From Nitrospirales bacterium (GTDB taxonomy: Bacteria > Nitrospirota > Nitrospiria > Nitrospirales > UBA8639), in contig OY820905.2 of assembly GCA_963555755.3 (NCBI GenBank), positions 864,001 to 928,000 on the forward strand: a stretch of DNA of 64,000 nucleotides, in the 5' to 3' direction. The notes under the pieces were generated by a model that saw only the letters and a list, made by a program, of their open reading frames with translations, was not told where the DNA came from and did no database searches. A program made the translations under genes and the position numbers. The stretch's first letter is position 1. Every line of letters starts with the position of its first letter. This document shows, piece by piece, positions 21,907 through 31,722 of the stretch.

Positions 21907-22215
21907 TTAGCCTTGAACCAGTTCCATTTTTACGGGTTTGACCTTAATCTTTTTCGCCCGTTCTTCCACGTGGGCCGCATCATACTGAAACTGTACACGC
22001 ATCCAGCCTTCGGGCGTCGAGCCAAAGGCTTTCGACAGCCGGATCGCCATATCCCACGACAAATCCGCATGTTCATTCACGAGATTATTGAGTGCAGATC
22101 GGGAAACCCCAAGGAGTTTTGCCCCTTCAGTGACGGTTAATTCAAATGGTTCTAAGCAATCTACGCGCACCAGCTTGCCGGGATGCGCTGGGTTTTTCAT
22201 TTTCAGTTCCTTCAT
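21907..22215 (-). CDS. higA: HigA family antitoxin
   Basis: MKNPAHPG, HTH, MAIRLSKAFGSTPEGWM. Confidence 0.93.
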   Translation of the reverse strand: MKELKMKNPAHPGKLVRVDCLEPFELTVTEGAKLLGVSRSALNNLVNEHADLSWDMAIRLSKAFGSTPEGWMRVQFQYDAAHVEERAKKIKVKPVKMELVQG

Positions 22216-22228
22216 GTCATCTTCCTTC

Positions 22229-22507
22229 CTAATGATAATCTTCCAAATTCACATCAAAGGCTTGACCATTCTCAAATCCGAAGGTCATGCGCCAATTCGC
22301 CCGCACTGTGACGCTCCACGTCCCCTTTCGATTTCCTTTCAGTTCATGTAAGTGATAAGAATGCATATCCATTTCCTGGATCGTCGCCGAGGCGTATAAT
22401 TTGGTGAGCAGCGTGTCAATCCGGTTGATCATGTCTTGGGGTAACCGACTGGCGTCTCCCAGGAGAAAAAAACGTTTCAGGCCCCGATGCTTAAAACTGA
22501 CGATCAT
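22229..22507 (-). CDS. higB: HigB (RelE/ParE-like) toxin
   Basis: MIVSFKHRGLKRFF, LHELKGNRKGTWSVTVRANWRMTF, LEDYH. Confidence 0.93.
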   Translation of the reverse strand: MIVSFKHRGLKRFFLLGDASRLPQDMINRIDTLLTKLYASATIQEMDMHSYHLHELKGNRKGTWSVTVRANWRMTFGFENGQAFDVNLEDYH

Positions 22508-22513
22508 GCTTTA

Positions 22514-22542
22514 AATGTAGCGTGATGAGCGGCACTAGTCAA
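22514..22542 (-). promoter_or_regulatory. sigma-70 promoter of higBA, probably leaderless
   Basis: TTGACT-N17-TACATT on the minus strand, ATG 6 nt downstream of the -10 box. Confidence 0.6.
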
Positions 22543-22809
22543 TTATATAGTTACACTTCCTCCACCCTCTCCCTTGCCATGACTGTCGGAAAAGTCTCGT
22601 CCCGAGAACAGCCTGACTTTTCGGTTAATACAGGCGGTTTTGTCGAAAAATAGTGCTTTCCTTTGGATCTACGAAAAATTTTCCCGGAATTGGGGTTACC
22701 CATGAGAGTGTTTTGTATCATACAGGGTACCGTCACCAAACGACGAGTCCCTTTTGTTTCGGAAAAAGGAACCAAAACCATGTTTGCCCGTGCGCGGCCC
22801 TCCGGGTGC

Positions 22810-23122
22810 CTCCGCCGCGCCCAACGCGAAGACCTCTGGCCGAGACAGAAAATGAAGGAGCAACCTTACATAACAATTGATTGTCATTTCGAGCGAAACG
22901 AGAAATCTCCCCCCAATGTCGAACGAGAGATTTCTCCCAAGGGTCGAAATGACAAAGGAGGGGTGGAAGTGCCAAGCAGTTTGCGAAATGACAGGAGGGA
23001 AAGCCTGACTTCCCGATTAAGGATGTCTGGAATGACGGTAAGGAAAATTGCTAGGTGGAATTGGGGGCAGGTATGAGTATTGAGTTTTCAACGAACTCTT
23101 TAAAATGTGGCTTAATAAAGGT
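22810..23122 (+). repeat. 313-bp direct repeat, copy 2
   Basis: near-identical to 21471-21783; ends where the ISL3 remnant begins. Confidence 0.92.
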
Positions 23123-23135
23123 GGGGCTTCCGACA

Positions 23136-23400
23136 TTAGCATGGGTAAAGATCCAGCCCGCCACAGTGAAAATAGATAGCCGTCTTGAAGTTCTCGATGT
23201 TACGGAAACCGCAGGCCATGTTCTTGATCTTCTGAATCTTACTGTTGAGTCCCTCGCTCCTTGCGTTGGTCACGGGATGCTGGTAGTACGTCAGGATGTT
23301 GTCGATATGCCGGCGCACCGTCTGGGCCGCCTTGCGCATGGGTGCCACCCGGCTGTACGTGGCCCCGAAATACCAGCGCTTCCAGAACTTCCCGCCTGAG
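23136..23400 (-). pseudogene. ISL3-family transposase C-terminal fragment
   Basis: TNARSEGLNSKIQKIK..ACGFRN.ENFKTAIYFHCG; 5' part replaced by the IS256 remnant. Confidence 0.85.
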
Positions 23401-23444
23401 GCGGGATAGAGAGCTATTGTCAAATCTGGTGCCTGAGCTGTTGA

Positions 23445-24691
23445 TTACGCGGCGACCGGATCAAGCCTGGTTTCCTCGATGCCATCCATAAAATGAATGC
23501 CCTTGATAACTTTTTCCAACTTTTTGAATCCACGGAGGCGTCGCCAGTTTTTCTCCGCACACCGTCCCAGCTTGAACATCATCTGTAACAGGCCATCACG
23601 AGTCAGGCAGCCCTTGGTCCGCTTGGTCCGATGGCGAATTGTTCCAAAGGTCGATTCAATTGGATTCGTGGTGCGAAGACTCTGCCAGTGCGAAGCCGGA
23701 AACGCATAGAATGTCAGCAACTCCTCCCGATCTTTTTCTAAACACGCGGTGGCCTTCGGATACTTGGCCTCATAGGTTCGAAGAAAGCGATCGAAGGCGC
23801 GGGTGGCAGCGGTTTTGGTCTCGGCCCGCCAGATCTCCTGTAACGCCTGTTTCGCCTTCGGCTGCCCACTCTTCGGCAACACATTCAGCACATTGATCGT
23901 CTTGTGCACCCAACACCGCTGCTGGCGCGTGGTTAGATAGATTTCCTCCACAGCTGCCCAGAAGCCCATCGCGCCATCGCCAATGGCCAATTCGGGAGCG
24001 TGCATCCCCCGGGCTTTGAGATGCAGCAGCACTTCCCGCCAGCTCTGGGTGGACTCACACGCACCCCGTCTTCGATCGCCAAGAACTGCTTGTCCCCCTG
24101 GCTCTTTACGCCAATGACGACTCACGCACAGAGCCGTTGAGTCTCTGCCCGCAGGCCACTGTAAATCCCATCCACCCCAATATAGACCCACTGTGCATCA
24201 TCGAGCTGTCGCTGCCGCCAGGTGTCGTATTCTTCTCGCCACACCTGCTTGAACCGGGCGATGGTACTGGCGGAGAGGCCCTTCGCCTCGGAACCGACTC
24301 ACGCTTCCAAAGCCGCCTGCAGCTCCCCGGTCGAGATGCCCTTCATATACAGCCAGGGGAGGGCCGCTTCCAGGTTCCGCGTCTTGCGTACGTAGGGTGG
24401 AACCAAGGCCGACCGAAAGGTGACGGGCTCCCCCTCTCGACTGCGCACCTTTGGGACCTGCACCGTCACCGGCCCGATCCCTGTCTGAATCTCTCGCGTC
24501 GGGTGATGGCCACTGAGGACGACCCGCGCGTGGCCCTGCTCATCCTGTGGGTCAGCATAGGTGGCTAACAATTCCGCCACCTCCGCGTTCAAGGCTTGCG
24601 CGATGAGCTTCCGAGCTCCCGCACGCATGAAATCCGTGAGCTCATCTTGGCCTCCTCGCTCTTCTTGCTCTGTTTTGTTACGCGTCTTCAT
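23445..24691 (-). pseudogene. IS256-family transposase, frameshifted
   Basis: N-part QTGIGPVTVQVPKVR, LYMKGIST in one frame; C-part IGDGAMGFW, QRCWVHK, RTTNPIESTF in another. Confidence 0.88.
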
Positions 24692-24873
24692 CGTGGCGTC
24701 TCTCCTTTGTGGTGGAAGGTGGGTCAGGTGCTGCTTTAACTTCACGACACACCGATCACATGCCTCATACAGTTGCGTATCCACCAGGAAAAGGTAAGGG
24801 TTGTCCATGAGACAATAGACATGAAATTTGCCACCAAAACGCCTGTGGGTTTAGGCGAGGGGTCCACTGAATT

Positions 24874-24953
24874 CCGTTCATGTCCTTCGATACACTCAGG
24901 AGAGCGTTTGACAGGCCACTCCGGAGCAAAGTCGAAGGGCTCGCCACGAACGG
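24874..24953. repeat. short REP-like units (CCTTCGA...CTCAGG / GTCGAAGGG type)
   Basis: CCGTTC...CCTTCGATACACTCAGG...GTCGAAGGGCTCGCCACGAACGG. Confidence 0.5.
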
Positions 24954-24975
24954 AAGGTAGGTTCCGAGACCCTGA

Positions 24976-25155
24976 TTAACACCGACCTTTTTTCGCTTGA
25001 CCGGGCGGACAAAACTTTCCACCGCCTTGCACTCCAATTTCCACACCAGGAATTTCCACTTTGGGCCCTTTGACTTTTACTGATGGTCCCGTGAACTCGC
25101 AGCCTGTCATCCATACCATCATCGCACAAATCATGATTACCGCTGAAATCTTCAT
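24976..25155 (-). CDS. small lipoprotein with C-terminal CPPGQAKKGRC motif
   Basis: RBS GGAAAGGA, signal peptide with lipobox MTGC. Confidence 0.7.
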   Translation of the reverse strand: MKISAVIMICAMMVWMTGCEFTGPSVKVKGPKVEIPGVEIGVQGGGKFCPPGQAKKGRC

Positions 25156-25205
25156 GTTGTTTCCTTTCCGTATTGGTTCTCGATGCATTCTTATTCTTCC
25201 CTTCT

Positions 25206-25365
25206 AGCCTGTCCGGGATTCACGATCATTGCGAGGGATGCTGGTTGGGGTCCGATGTGTCGATCCTTTGAGGCGAATAGTTTGGCCAAGCAACGAAAAG
25301 GACTGGAAGATACGGCCAAATCCAGCACACCCACAGTAGATCCGTCTAATCTGGGGACAGGCTCC
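25206..25365 (+). repeat. family B element, empty allele (no nested A)
   Basis: AGCCTGTCCGGGATT...TAATCTGGGGACAGGCTCC; single CGAAAA at 25294-25299. Confidence 0.8.
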
Positions 25366-25581
25366 AAGTTCGTCCCACTTCTTTTCGGTCTATTTTCAAA
25401 ATTCTGCACTATCGCCTGGATTTGCCTCGTAGGGGAAAACCTTTTACGATCATACGAACGAAGAATCAAAATCCAACGGGATCGATTCCAAAGAAACTTG
25501 ACGGTTTTCTACACCAGAAAAGTCTCCTGATCTTTCAATAGACTCAAAACAAGGTCTGTCGAAGGTACGATCGCAAGGCCT

Positions 25582-25670
25582 CCCGGCCTTCGTAAGCCAA
25601 AGGGCACTTCGGCGAAGGAGGTCCAGAGGAAGATAGGAACGTCGCTGACACCCTTTTTCAATATTCCCCC
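25582..25670 (+). repeat. decayed family A element with its interior replaced by a short REP unit
   Basis: GCAAGGCC ... GAACGTCGCTGACACCCTTTTTCAATATTCCCC. Confidence 0.55.
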
Positions 25671-25688
25671 GCTCTCATTGCTTCAACC

Positions 25689-26825
25689 ATGCCACAAACC
25701 TCAAAGATAAAAGAATTTGGCGCTCGACTCTTACTTCTCGCCCTGGGCTGTGGGGTAGGATTTCTGTTAGGAGAAGGCGCACTCCGCCTGTTTTTGCCAA
25801 ACTATGTCGCCAGTGCTGGAATCGAGCGCAACTTCTTCTGTCATTTTGATCCCCAACTCGGGTGGGCTCCCCTACCAAATGTTTCAGGCCTCCATCGACG
25901 AGACGGATTTGCCGTATACATCGAACAAAACCAATTTGGGTTACGCGGCCCCAAGACCATGCGAAAGGAAAGACTCCCCACCCAACAACGCACCTTAGTA
26001 CTTGGCGACTCATATGTCTGGGGTTACGGGGTTGATCAAGACAAGGTGTTTACCGAACCGGCAGTCCATGGTTCGGAGATGGAACTGATCAACTTTGGAG
26101 TATCCGGGTATGGCACGGATCAGGCCTATTTGCTGTATCAGCGGGAGGGAATATCCTTTGACGTCGATGAGGTGGTCCTCGTGTTCACCCCGTACAACGA
26201 TGTAGAAAATAATCTTTCGTCACGACAATACGACCATGATAAATCATACTTTACGCTGAAACACCAAGAACTTGAATTGCATAGCGAACACCTTAGGGAA
26301 AATTACGCCCAAACGATCATTAATACAGTGTGGGCGGAAAGCCGCGTGATCAATGTCCTATTCACCGCGTATCGCGCCTTTCAAAATTGGCACATATTGG
26401 AAAAAACCAAAGGCGGCACCGCGCCCCCTGGGACGGGCCCACTCGGTCCCTCCGCCGTGTCTTCTCGCGATCAAGAGGGAATCGCCTTAACCATGAGAAT
26501 TATCGCCAAACTTCGTGATGCCGTTCTTGCCACGGGGGCCAAATTTTCCGTGGTGTTTGTCCCGTACAAACCACACATCCTGCACAAGGTCTCCTATAAC
26601 CATCCCCTAGTACCACTTTTAGCCAAAGAACTGGAAACGGCCGGCATCCCGTACTACGAACCGTACTTCATGTTTCTGAAGGAGGAATCTTCGAAAGATC
26701 TCTTTAATCCAATTGACAACCATTTCAGTCCGGAAGGGCATTCGGTGTTTAGCCGTACATTCGTCGATCCAGCAACTCGTGCACGAACCAAAAATCTCTA
26801 CAAAAAGATCAAGCCAACACCTTGA
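25689..26825 (+). CDS. SGNH/GDSL hydrolase-family membrane-anchored protein
   Basis: LGDSYVWG, NFGVSGYGTDQ, YND, DNHFSPEGH. Confidence 0.88.
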   Translation: MPQTSKIKEFGARLLLLALGCGVGFLLGEGALRLFLPNYVASAGIERNFFCHFDPQLGWAPLPNVSGLHRRDGFAVYIEQNQFGLRGPKTMRKERLPTQQRTLVLGDSYVWGYGVDQDKVFTEPAVHGSEMELINFGVSGYGTDQAYLLYQREGISFDVDEVVLVFTPYNDVENNLSSRQYDHDKSYFTLKHQELELHSEHLRENYAQTIINTVWAESRVINVLFTAYRAFQNWHILEKTKGGTAPPGTGPLGPSAVSSRDQEGIALTMRIIAKLRDAVLATGAKFSVVFVPYKPHILHKVSYNHPLVPLLAKELETAGIPYYEPYFMFLKEESSKDLFNPIDNHFSPEGHSVFSRTFVDPATRARTKNLYKKIKPTP

Positions 26826-26894
26826 TTGCATAACATCTCCCCTTCCGCCTCACGACGAAGAAACTCCGTGGACATGGCATATTTTACCAAACCT

Positions 26895-26923
26895 TTGACT
26901 TTTGTTTTAATTAGTACTATATT
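26895..26923 (+). promoter_or_regulatory. sigma-70 promoter with a motif shared with the marR promoter
   Basis: TTGACT-N17-TATATT; resembles 29641-29669. Confidence 0.5.
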
Positions 26924-26992
26924 AATGAATACTTAAATCGTAGCCCTCACGCCAAACAATTCCTCACTGAACAACAAAGAAAGGGGGAGGAC

Positions 26993-27394
26993 ATGAAGAC
27001 AGAAACGACACACAAACCAGAAATCCCGCCAGGAGTAGCAATTGGCCATGTTGATTTGCTCGTCACAAACGTTCCGCAAGCTGTTGAGTACTTTGTTCAT
27101 TTGGGAATGCGCCACATTCACCACGATCATGACTTTGCCGTCCTCGAACTCCGCGGTGGCACACACTTGGTTTTAGAGACACCTGAAAATGGTGCCACCA
27201 TCGAACCAAACCAGACTCCCAATTTCGATTTGATGGTGGATGACCTTACAGAGGCACGACAACGCTGCGTGGACCTTGGCATGGCTCCCTCGGATATCGA
27301 GACAGGACGAATCCACGATAATTTCTACCTGAAGGGACCTGATGAGTACAGAATACGCGTCACCTCTTCGCATACATCAGGCAGACCAGTGTAA
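26993..27394 (+). CDS. VOC/glyoxalase family protein
   Basis: IGHVDLLV, FDLMVDD, FYLKGPD. Confidence 0.85.
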   Translation: MKTETTHKPEIPPGVAIGHVDLLVTNVPQAVEYFVHLGMRHIHHDHDFAVLELRGGTHLVLETPENGATIEPNQTPNFDLMVDDLTEARQRCVDLGMAPSDIETGRIHDNFYLKGPDEYRIRVTSSHTSGRPV

Positions 27395-27423
27395 CGAATT
27401 GCTAAAAGAGGAGGCCCACCACC

Positions 27424-28368
27424 ATGACACAAGCAGCAACCAGCACACCCCTGAATACACACGAAGGACACGACACTATGGAACCATCACACACACCCGA
27501 ACCACGCCGAGTGAAAAGCATTGTGACGGCTCATCGGCAAACAGAAGGAGGCGGTTTCATCGTGCGACGCCCTTTTCCTTCCCAGGATCTTGATCTCTTA
27601 GATCCCTTTCTTCTTCTTGACGAAATGGGTCCAGTCACGTACGCGCCAGGGAAAGCGGTTGGAGCTCCCGACCATCCCCACCGCGGATTCGAAACGGTGA
27701 CCTATCTTCTGGAAGGCGAAATGAAACATAAGGATTCGGCTGGGCATCAAGGCGTGTTGAGGCCTGGCGATGTGCAATGGATGACAGCAGGCTCCGGTGT
27801 GGTCCATTCCGAAATGCCTTCCCAGAAAATGCTCGACAACGGCGGCCCCATGCACGGTTTTCAAATTTGGGTGAATCTTCCCGCGCGATTAAAAATGACT
27901 CGACCTCGATACCAGGAAGTCGCACAGCATCAGATACCCACCGCGACTTCACCGGATGGTTTAGCCACAGTCAGAGTCATTGCAGGGAAGGCATTAGGGG
28001 CTGAGGCCATCATCGATACTCATACACCCATGGTGTATCACGATTGGACGATACAACCTGGAGGTCGCGTCTCGATTGAAATCAGTCCAGACCATAATGT
28101 TGGCGTGTACGTCTTTTCCGGCAAGGTGTTGGTCGGATCAGAGAGCCAAGAAGTCGAAGATGGCCAACTGGCCGTCCTCACCACTGGCTCGACCATTCAA
28201 ATGGCGGTCTCGACGGTGCAACAGACCGCAGCACGCTTTCTCGTCTTGGGCGGAATTCCCCACGGCGAACCAGTGGCCCAGTATGGACCCTTTGTGATGA
28301 ACACAAAAGAGGAACTGCAACAAGCCTTTGCGGATTATCAAAGCGGACGCATGGGGCAGATTCGTTAA
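27424..28368 (+). CDS. pirin family protein
   Basis: DPFLLLDE, HPHRGFETVTY, QWMTAGSGVVHSE, GPFVMN. Confidence 0.95.
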   Translation: MTQAATSTPLNTHEGHDTMEPSHTPEPRRVKSIVTAHRQTEGGGFIVRRPFPSQDLDLLDPFLLLDEMGPVTYAPGKAVGAPDHPHRGFETVTYLLEGEMKHKDSAGHQGVLRPGDVQWMTAGSGVVHSEMPSQKMLDNGGPMHGFQIWVNLPARLKMTRPRYQEVAQHQIPTATSPDGLATVRVIAGKALGAEAIIDTHTPMVYHDWTIQPGGRVSIEISPDHNVGVYVFSGKVLVGSESQEVEDGQLAVLTTGSTIQMAVSTVQQTAARFLVLGGIPHGEPVAQYGPFVMNTKEELQQAFADYQSGRMGQIR

Positions 28369-28464
28369 CCGCATGAAAACACTTTGTCCACAAAAAACAG
28401 GCCAAAAATTTTTTAGAGGTCTTTACGCGCCTCTCAATGGAGAAAATGGTACAATCAAACATTA

Positions 28465-28605
28465 GGGCACCTCTAAAAACCGTCCTTTTCCGTGATGGCG
28501 GCGTCAGCCGCGTGCTCACATCCTCATGTATTCGCCCATACACTCCGGTTTTCCGCGCGCGGCTTCCTTGCCCTCACAAAAAATGCCGGGTTTTTAGAGG
28601 TGCCC
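28465..28605 (-). repeat. family F long palindromic repeat
   Basis: GGGCACCTCTAAAAAC...GTTTTTAGAGGTGCCC; other copies at 38144 and 39300. Confidence 0.92.
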
Positions 28606-28607
28606 AA

Positions 28608-28740
28608 TAAAAGATCCCCGCAGCAAGCTGACGGGGTATTCAGAGGAACAATATGATTTTGAAAATCCCCCTACCCCCCTTTTCCAAAGGGGGAACCTAA
28701 GCGGTAACCCCGTAGCAAGCTACGGGGAATAGCAAGTTAA
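28608..28740 (+). repeat. family I composite repeat: two CCCCG..CAAG..CGGGG hairpins around a CCCCC..GGGGG hairpin
   Basis: colinear with 58156-58286. Confidence 0.8.
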
Positions 28741-28741
28741 T

Positions 28742-29608
28742 ATGAATGATGACCATTCACATTTCTCAGCTCCAACCAAGGTGTCCACCAATCCCTCCAA
28801 ACCACCAAACGGCATCACGCGCCGACGGCTTCTACAAGTTGGCGCGGGTACGTTAGGACTCCTCGCGACATCCGGCATAGCGCTCTCCGCGCTGTGTCCC
28901 TCAACGGCAACGCCACGACAAACCCGTGGGCCCTTTTTTCCTTTTGATCATGTCGTGTCGTTTCCCATACGCGAAGGCGAGGATACAAGCCTTCCCCTCA
29001 TTTTAGCCAATGACAATGACCTCACCTGGGTAAAAGGAAAATCGGGAAAGGCGCAGGGGCAAATCATTTACTTTCGGGGCCAGGTGCTGAGAACCTCTTC
29101 CCCGGGCTCGGATGTATGCCAACCAATGGCTGAAGCCACGGTGTTACTCTGGCAGGCCAATTTTTCTGGAAGATACAATCACAGGGGGGATGATTCGGCT
29201 CCACAACAATTCCCTCATCCCAAAACAGGAAAGATCATCGAGCGTGTCCATGACAAACATTTTCAATATTGGGGCAAAGCCATCACGGACGAACATGGCT
29301 ATTTTTTATTTAAATCCGTGCTGCCCAGCTTTTATCCTGCCACGGATGATTGGTACCGTCCTCCCCACCTCCACTTTTCCATTCGGGCCAAGGGCAACCC
29401 CGAGTTTGTGACGCAAACCTATTTCAAAGGCGACGCCCTCCCCAACATCGGCATCATCCAGGACCTCAATGCCAAAGATTGGATTTTAGGTGACCCAGGC
29501 ATTTCGCCTGCACAGCAAGAACAAGTCATTGTGGAGTTTCAACCAGATCCAACTGGCGAATTAACTGATGGGTTAGTGGGAACGTGTCAATTACTACTCC
29601 CGTCCTAA
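28742..29608 (+). CDS. intradiol ring-cleavage dioxygenase-like protein with Tat-type signal
   Basis: TRRRLL signal; QTRGPFF, WQAN..GRY, FYP, RPPHLHF iron-ligand motifs. Confidence 0.88.
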   Translation: MNDDHSHFSAPTKVSTNPSKPPNGITRRRLLQVGAGTLGLLATSGIALSALCPSTATPRQTRGPFFPFDHVVSFPIREGEDTSLPLILANDNDLTWVKGKSGKAQGQIIYFRGQVLRTSSPGSDVCQPMAEATVLLWQANFSGRYNHRGDDSAPQQFPHPKTGKIIERVHDKHFQYWGKAITDEHGYFLFKSVLPSFYPATDDWYRPPHLHFSIRAKGNPEFVTQTYFKGDALPNIGIIQDLNAKDWILGDPGISPAQQEQVIVEFQPDPTGELTDGLVGTCQLLLPS

Positions 29609-29640
29609 CAAGGAAATATCTCCCCGCAACTAGCTACCCA

Positions 29641-29671
29641 TTGAATTTTGTTTAAATTCAAACTATATACT
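29641..29671 (+). promoter_or_regulatory. marR promoter / putative MarR operator
   Basis: TTGAAT-N17-TATATA overlapping imperfect palindrome TTGTTTAAATTCAAACTA. Confidence 0.5.
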
Positions 29672-29680
29672 TAAAGGCTA

Positions 29681-30133
29681 ATGGATAATTACGATTTAAA
29701 AAATGATCCGTATTTGAAAATCTTGCGGCCGCTGGTGGAGGCGTCGCGGGCTATTTTTGAAGTGGGCGACCGGCACATTCGATCGATGGGACTGACACCT
29801 CCCCAATTTTCCGTGATTGCTGAATTGGGAGGCACTGAGGGGATGACCGCCGTGGAGTTGGCTTCCTCCACCTTACATGCCAAAGCCAGTTTGACAGGGA
29901 TTATTGATCGCTTGGAAGAAAAGGGCTTGGTTGAGCGTCAGCCAATTCCCGGCGATCGTCGAGCTATGAATATTCGCCTCACGAAAAAAGGCGAGGCTAA
30001 ACATCGGAAATGTTTCCCTGCCCAAGCCAATTTCATACGTCCATATTTTGAACGGGCTCTTACGAAAAAAGAGATTAACCTATTACAGGATATGCTCATC
30101 CGGTTACGGAACAGCTGTCGGGAAGAAAAATAG
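29681..30133 (+). CDS. MarR family transcriptional regulator
   Basis: GLTPPQF, LTGIIDRLEEKGLVER, DRRA..IRLT..G. Confidence 0.93.
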   Translation: MDNYDLKNDPYLKILRPLVEASRAIFEVGDRHIRSMGLTPPQFSVIAELGGTEGMTAVELASSTLHAKASLTGIIDRLEEKGLVERQPIPGDRRAMNIRLTKKGEAKHRKCFPAQANFIRPYFERALTKKEINLLQDMLIRLRNSCREEK

Positions 30134-30325
30134 AAGAATCGATGGAGCGGATCGGCCATTTTTTCCGCGGTCATGTGCCCATGCCTGCATCAAGGGTTAC
30201 TTTCGCGAATAGCAAAAGCAAGGAATTAGACATGATGTTCCACAATGCCGGGTTTGGCAAAAGTGAGATTCACGCAGTCCCGAATTCCAAAGAACACGTC
30301 ATAATTACTCAGAAATCGTAAGAGG

Positions 30326-30363
30326 CCCCCTCACCCTAGCCCTCTCCCCAATGGGGAGAGGGG
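30326..30363. repeat. short REP-like unit CCCTCACCCTAGCCCTCTCCCC..GGGGAGAGGG
   Basis: reverse-complement homolog at 61957-61992. Confidence 0.7.
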
Positions 30364-30374
30364 ACAAAAATAAC

Positions 30375-31016
30375 ATGTTTTCATTACCTAAGACTCTACT
30401 CTACATCGCCGATCCCATGTGTTCATGGTGCTGGGGATTTTCTCCGGTGATGGAGGCGATCGGAAAAAAGTATCAGGATCATGTGAACATTCAATTGCTC
30501 GTGGGAGGATTACGGCCAGGCAATACCGAACGGTTTGATGAACACAGACGAGAGTATATTCTGGGCCACTGGCGTGCCGTGCATCAACGAACCGGGCAAC
30601 CGTTCAATTTCGATTTCCAAATGGGTCCAGACTTTACCTACGACACAGAACCCGCTTCCCGAGCCGTGGTCGCTGTGAGAAAACTCCAAGCCGATCAAGT
30701 ATTTCATTTTTTCCAGGACGTTCAACGAGCCTTTTATGTTGAGAATCTCAATGTCACGAAGGTAGAGGTGTTGGCAGATTTAGCATCTTCACGTGGAATC
30801 GATCGGGAACAATTTCTGACCTCATTTCAGAGCGCGGAATTACGAAAAGAAGTATTGGAGGAGTTTGATTCTTGTCGAAAATTGGACATCAGTGGATTTC
30901 CTACTCTCCTTGCTCAAGACGGTCAACAGGCCACGCCTTTAGCTCATGGCTACCAGCCCATTGAGGTGCTCATTCCTTTAATTGACGAAGGGTTGGAAAA
31001 AGCGTCAGTTTTGTAG
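30375..31016 (+). CDS. DsbA-family (FrnE-like) thiol oxidoreductase
   Basis: DPMCSWCWGF, GFPTL. Confidence 0.9.
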   Translation: MFSLPKTLLYIADPMCSWCWGFSPVMEAIGKKYQDHVNIQLLVGGLRPGNTERFDEHRREYILGHWRAVHQRTGQPFNFDFQMGPDFTYDTEPASRAVVAVRKLQADQVFHFFQDVQRAFYVENLNVTKVEVLADLASSRGIDREQFLTSFQSAELRKEVLEEFDSCRKLDISGFPTLLAQDGQQATPLAHGYQPIEVLIPLIDEGLEKASVL

Positions 31017-31084
31017 ACATCAGAAACACAATGGAATTGTGGGCGGTGCCTACCCTACATTTATTTCACAACGGAGGCTTCATC

Positions 31085-31720
31085 ATGAAATTCTTTTCTC
31101 AAATCACCCTGCTCGCCGTCACCTTTTCATTGTTTGTGTTGGGAACATCACACAATTCCCACGCTGAAATGGCCCGATGGAACGTGGATCACGCCCACTC
31201 TACCGTAGGCTTTCAAGTGGCGCATATGGTCATTTCCAAAACGAATGGAAAGTTCACCGAGTATAGCGGTTTTATTGAAATGGATGCCGTGACTCAAAAG
31301 GTCAAGGCAATTGAAGTCGTAATCCAAACCCAGTCAGTGTTTACCGATCACAAAAAACGAGACAAACATCTCCGAAGCCCGGACTTTTTTGATGTCGAGA
31401 AGTTTCCAACGATGACCTATACGATGAAGAGTTACAAGAAAGCCGGCGACACATATACTGTCGTAGGAGAATTGACCTTGCTAGGAATCACCAAAGAAAT
31501 CACCTTGGTCGGCACAATGAACGGCGTTGCGAAAGATCCCTGGGGTAACACCCGTGCAGGCTTTACCGGTAAGGGCACGATCAATCGCAAAGACTATGGC
31601 ATGAAATTTAGCGCCACGTTAGACAACGGCGGACTCCTCGTCGGCGATGAGGTCAAAATCAAATTAGAAATGGAAGTGATAAAAGAGAAACCACCTGCCA
31701 CGAAAACGAAGAAGGGCTAA
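31085..31720 (+). CDS. YceI family polyisoprenoid-binding protein
   Basis: signal peptide, D.AHS.VGF.V.HM, RDKHLRSPDFFDVEKFP, DPWG..RAGF. Confidence 0.93.
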   Translation: MKFFSQITLLAVTFSLFVLGTSHNSHAEMARWNVDHAHSTVGFQVAHMVISKTNGKFTEYSGFIEMDAVTQKVKAIEVVIQTQSVFTDHKKRDKHLRSPDFFDVEKFPTMTYTMKSYKKAGDTYTVVGELTLLGITKEITLVGTMNGVAKDPWGNTRAGFTGKGTINRKDYGMKFSATLDNGGLLVGDEVKIKLEMEVIKEKPPATKTKKG

Positions 31721-31722
31721 TC

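Noticed and set aside
21471..23122. Integron cassette array with attC sites around higBA
   Set aside because: No convincing RYYYAAC/GTTRRRY paired attC structure and no integrase.
23411..24821. Exact IS256 ends and target duplication
   Set aside because: Only a short CTATTGTC inverted match and no matching flanking duplication; boundaries not supportable.
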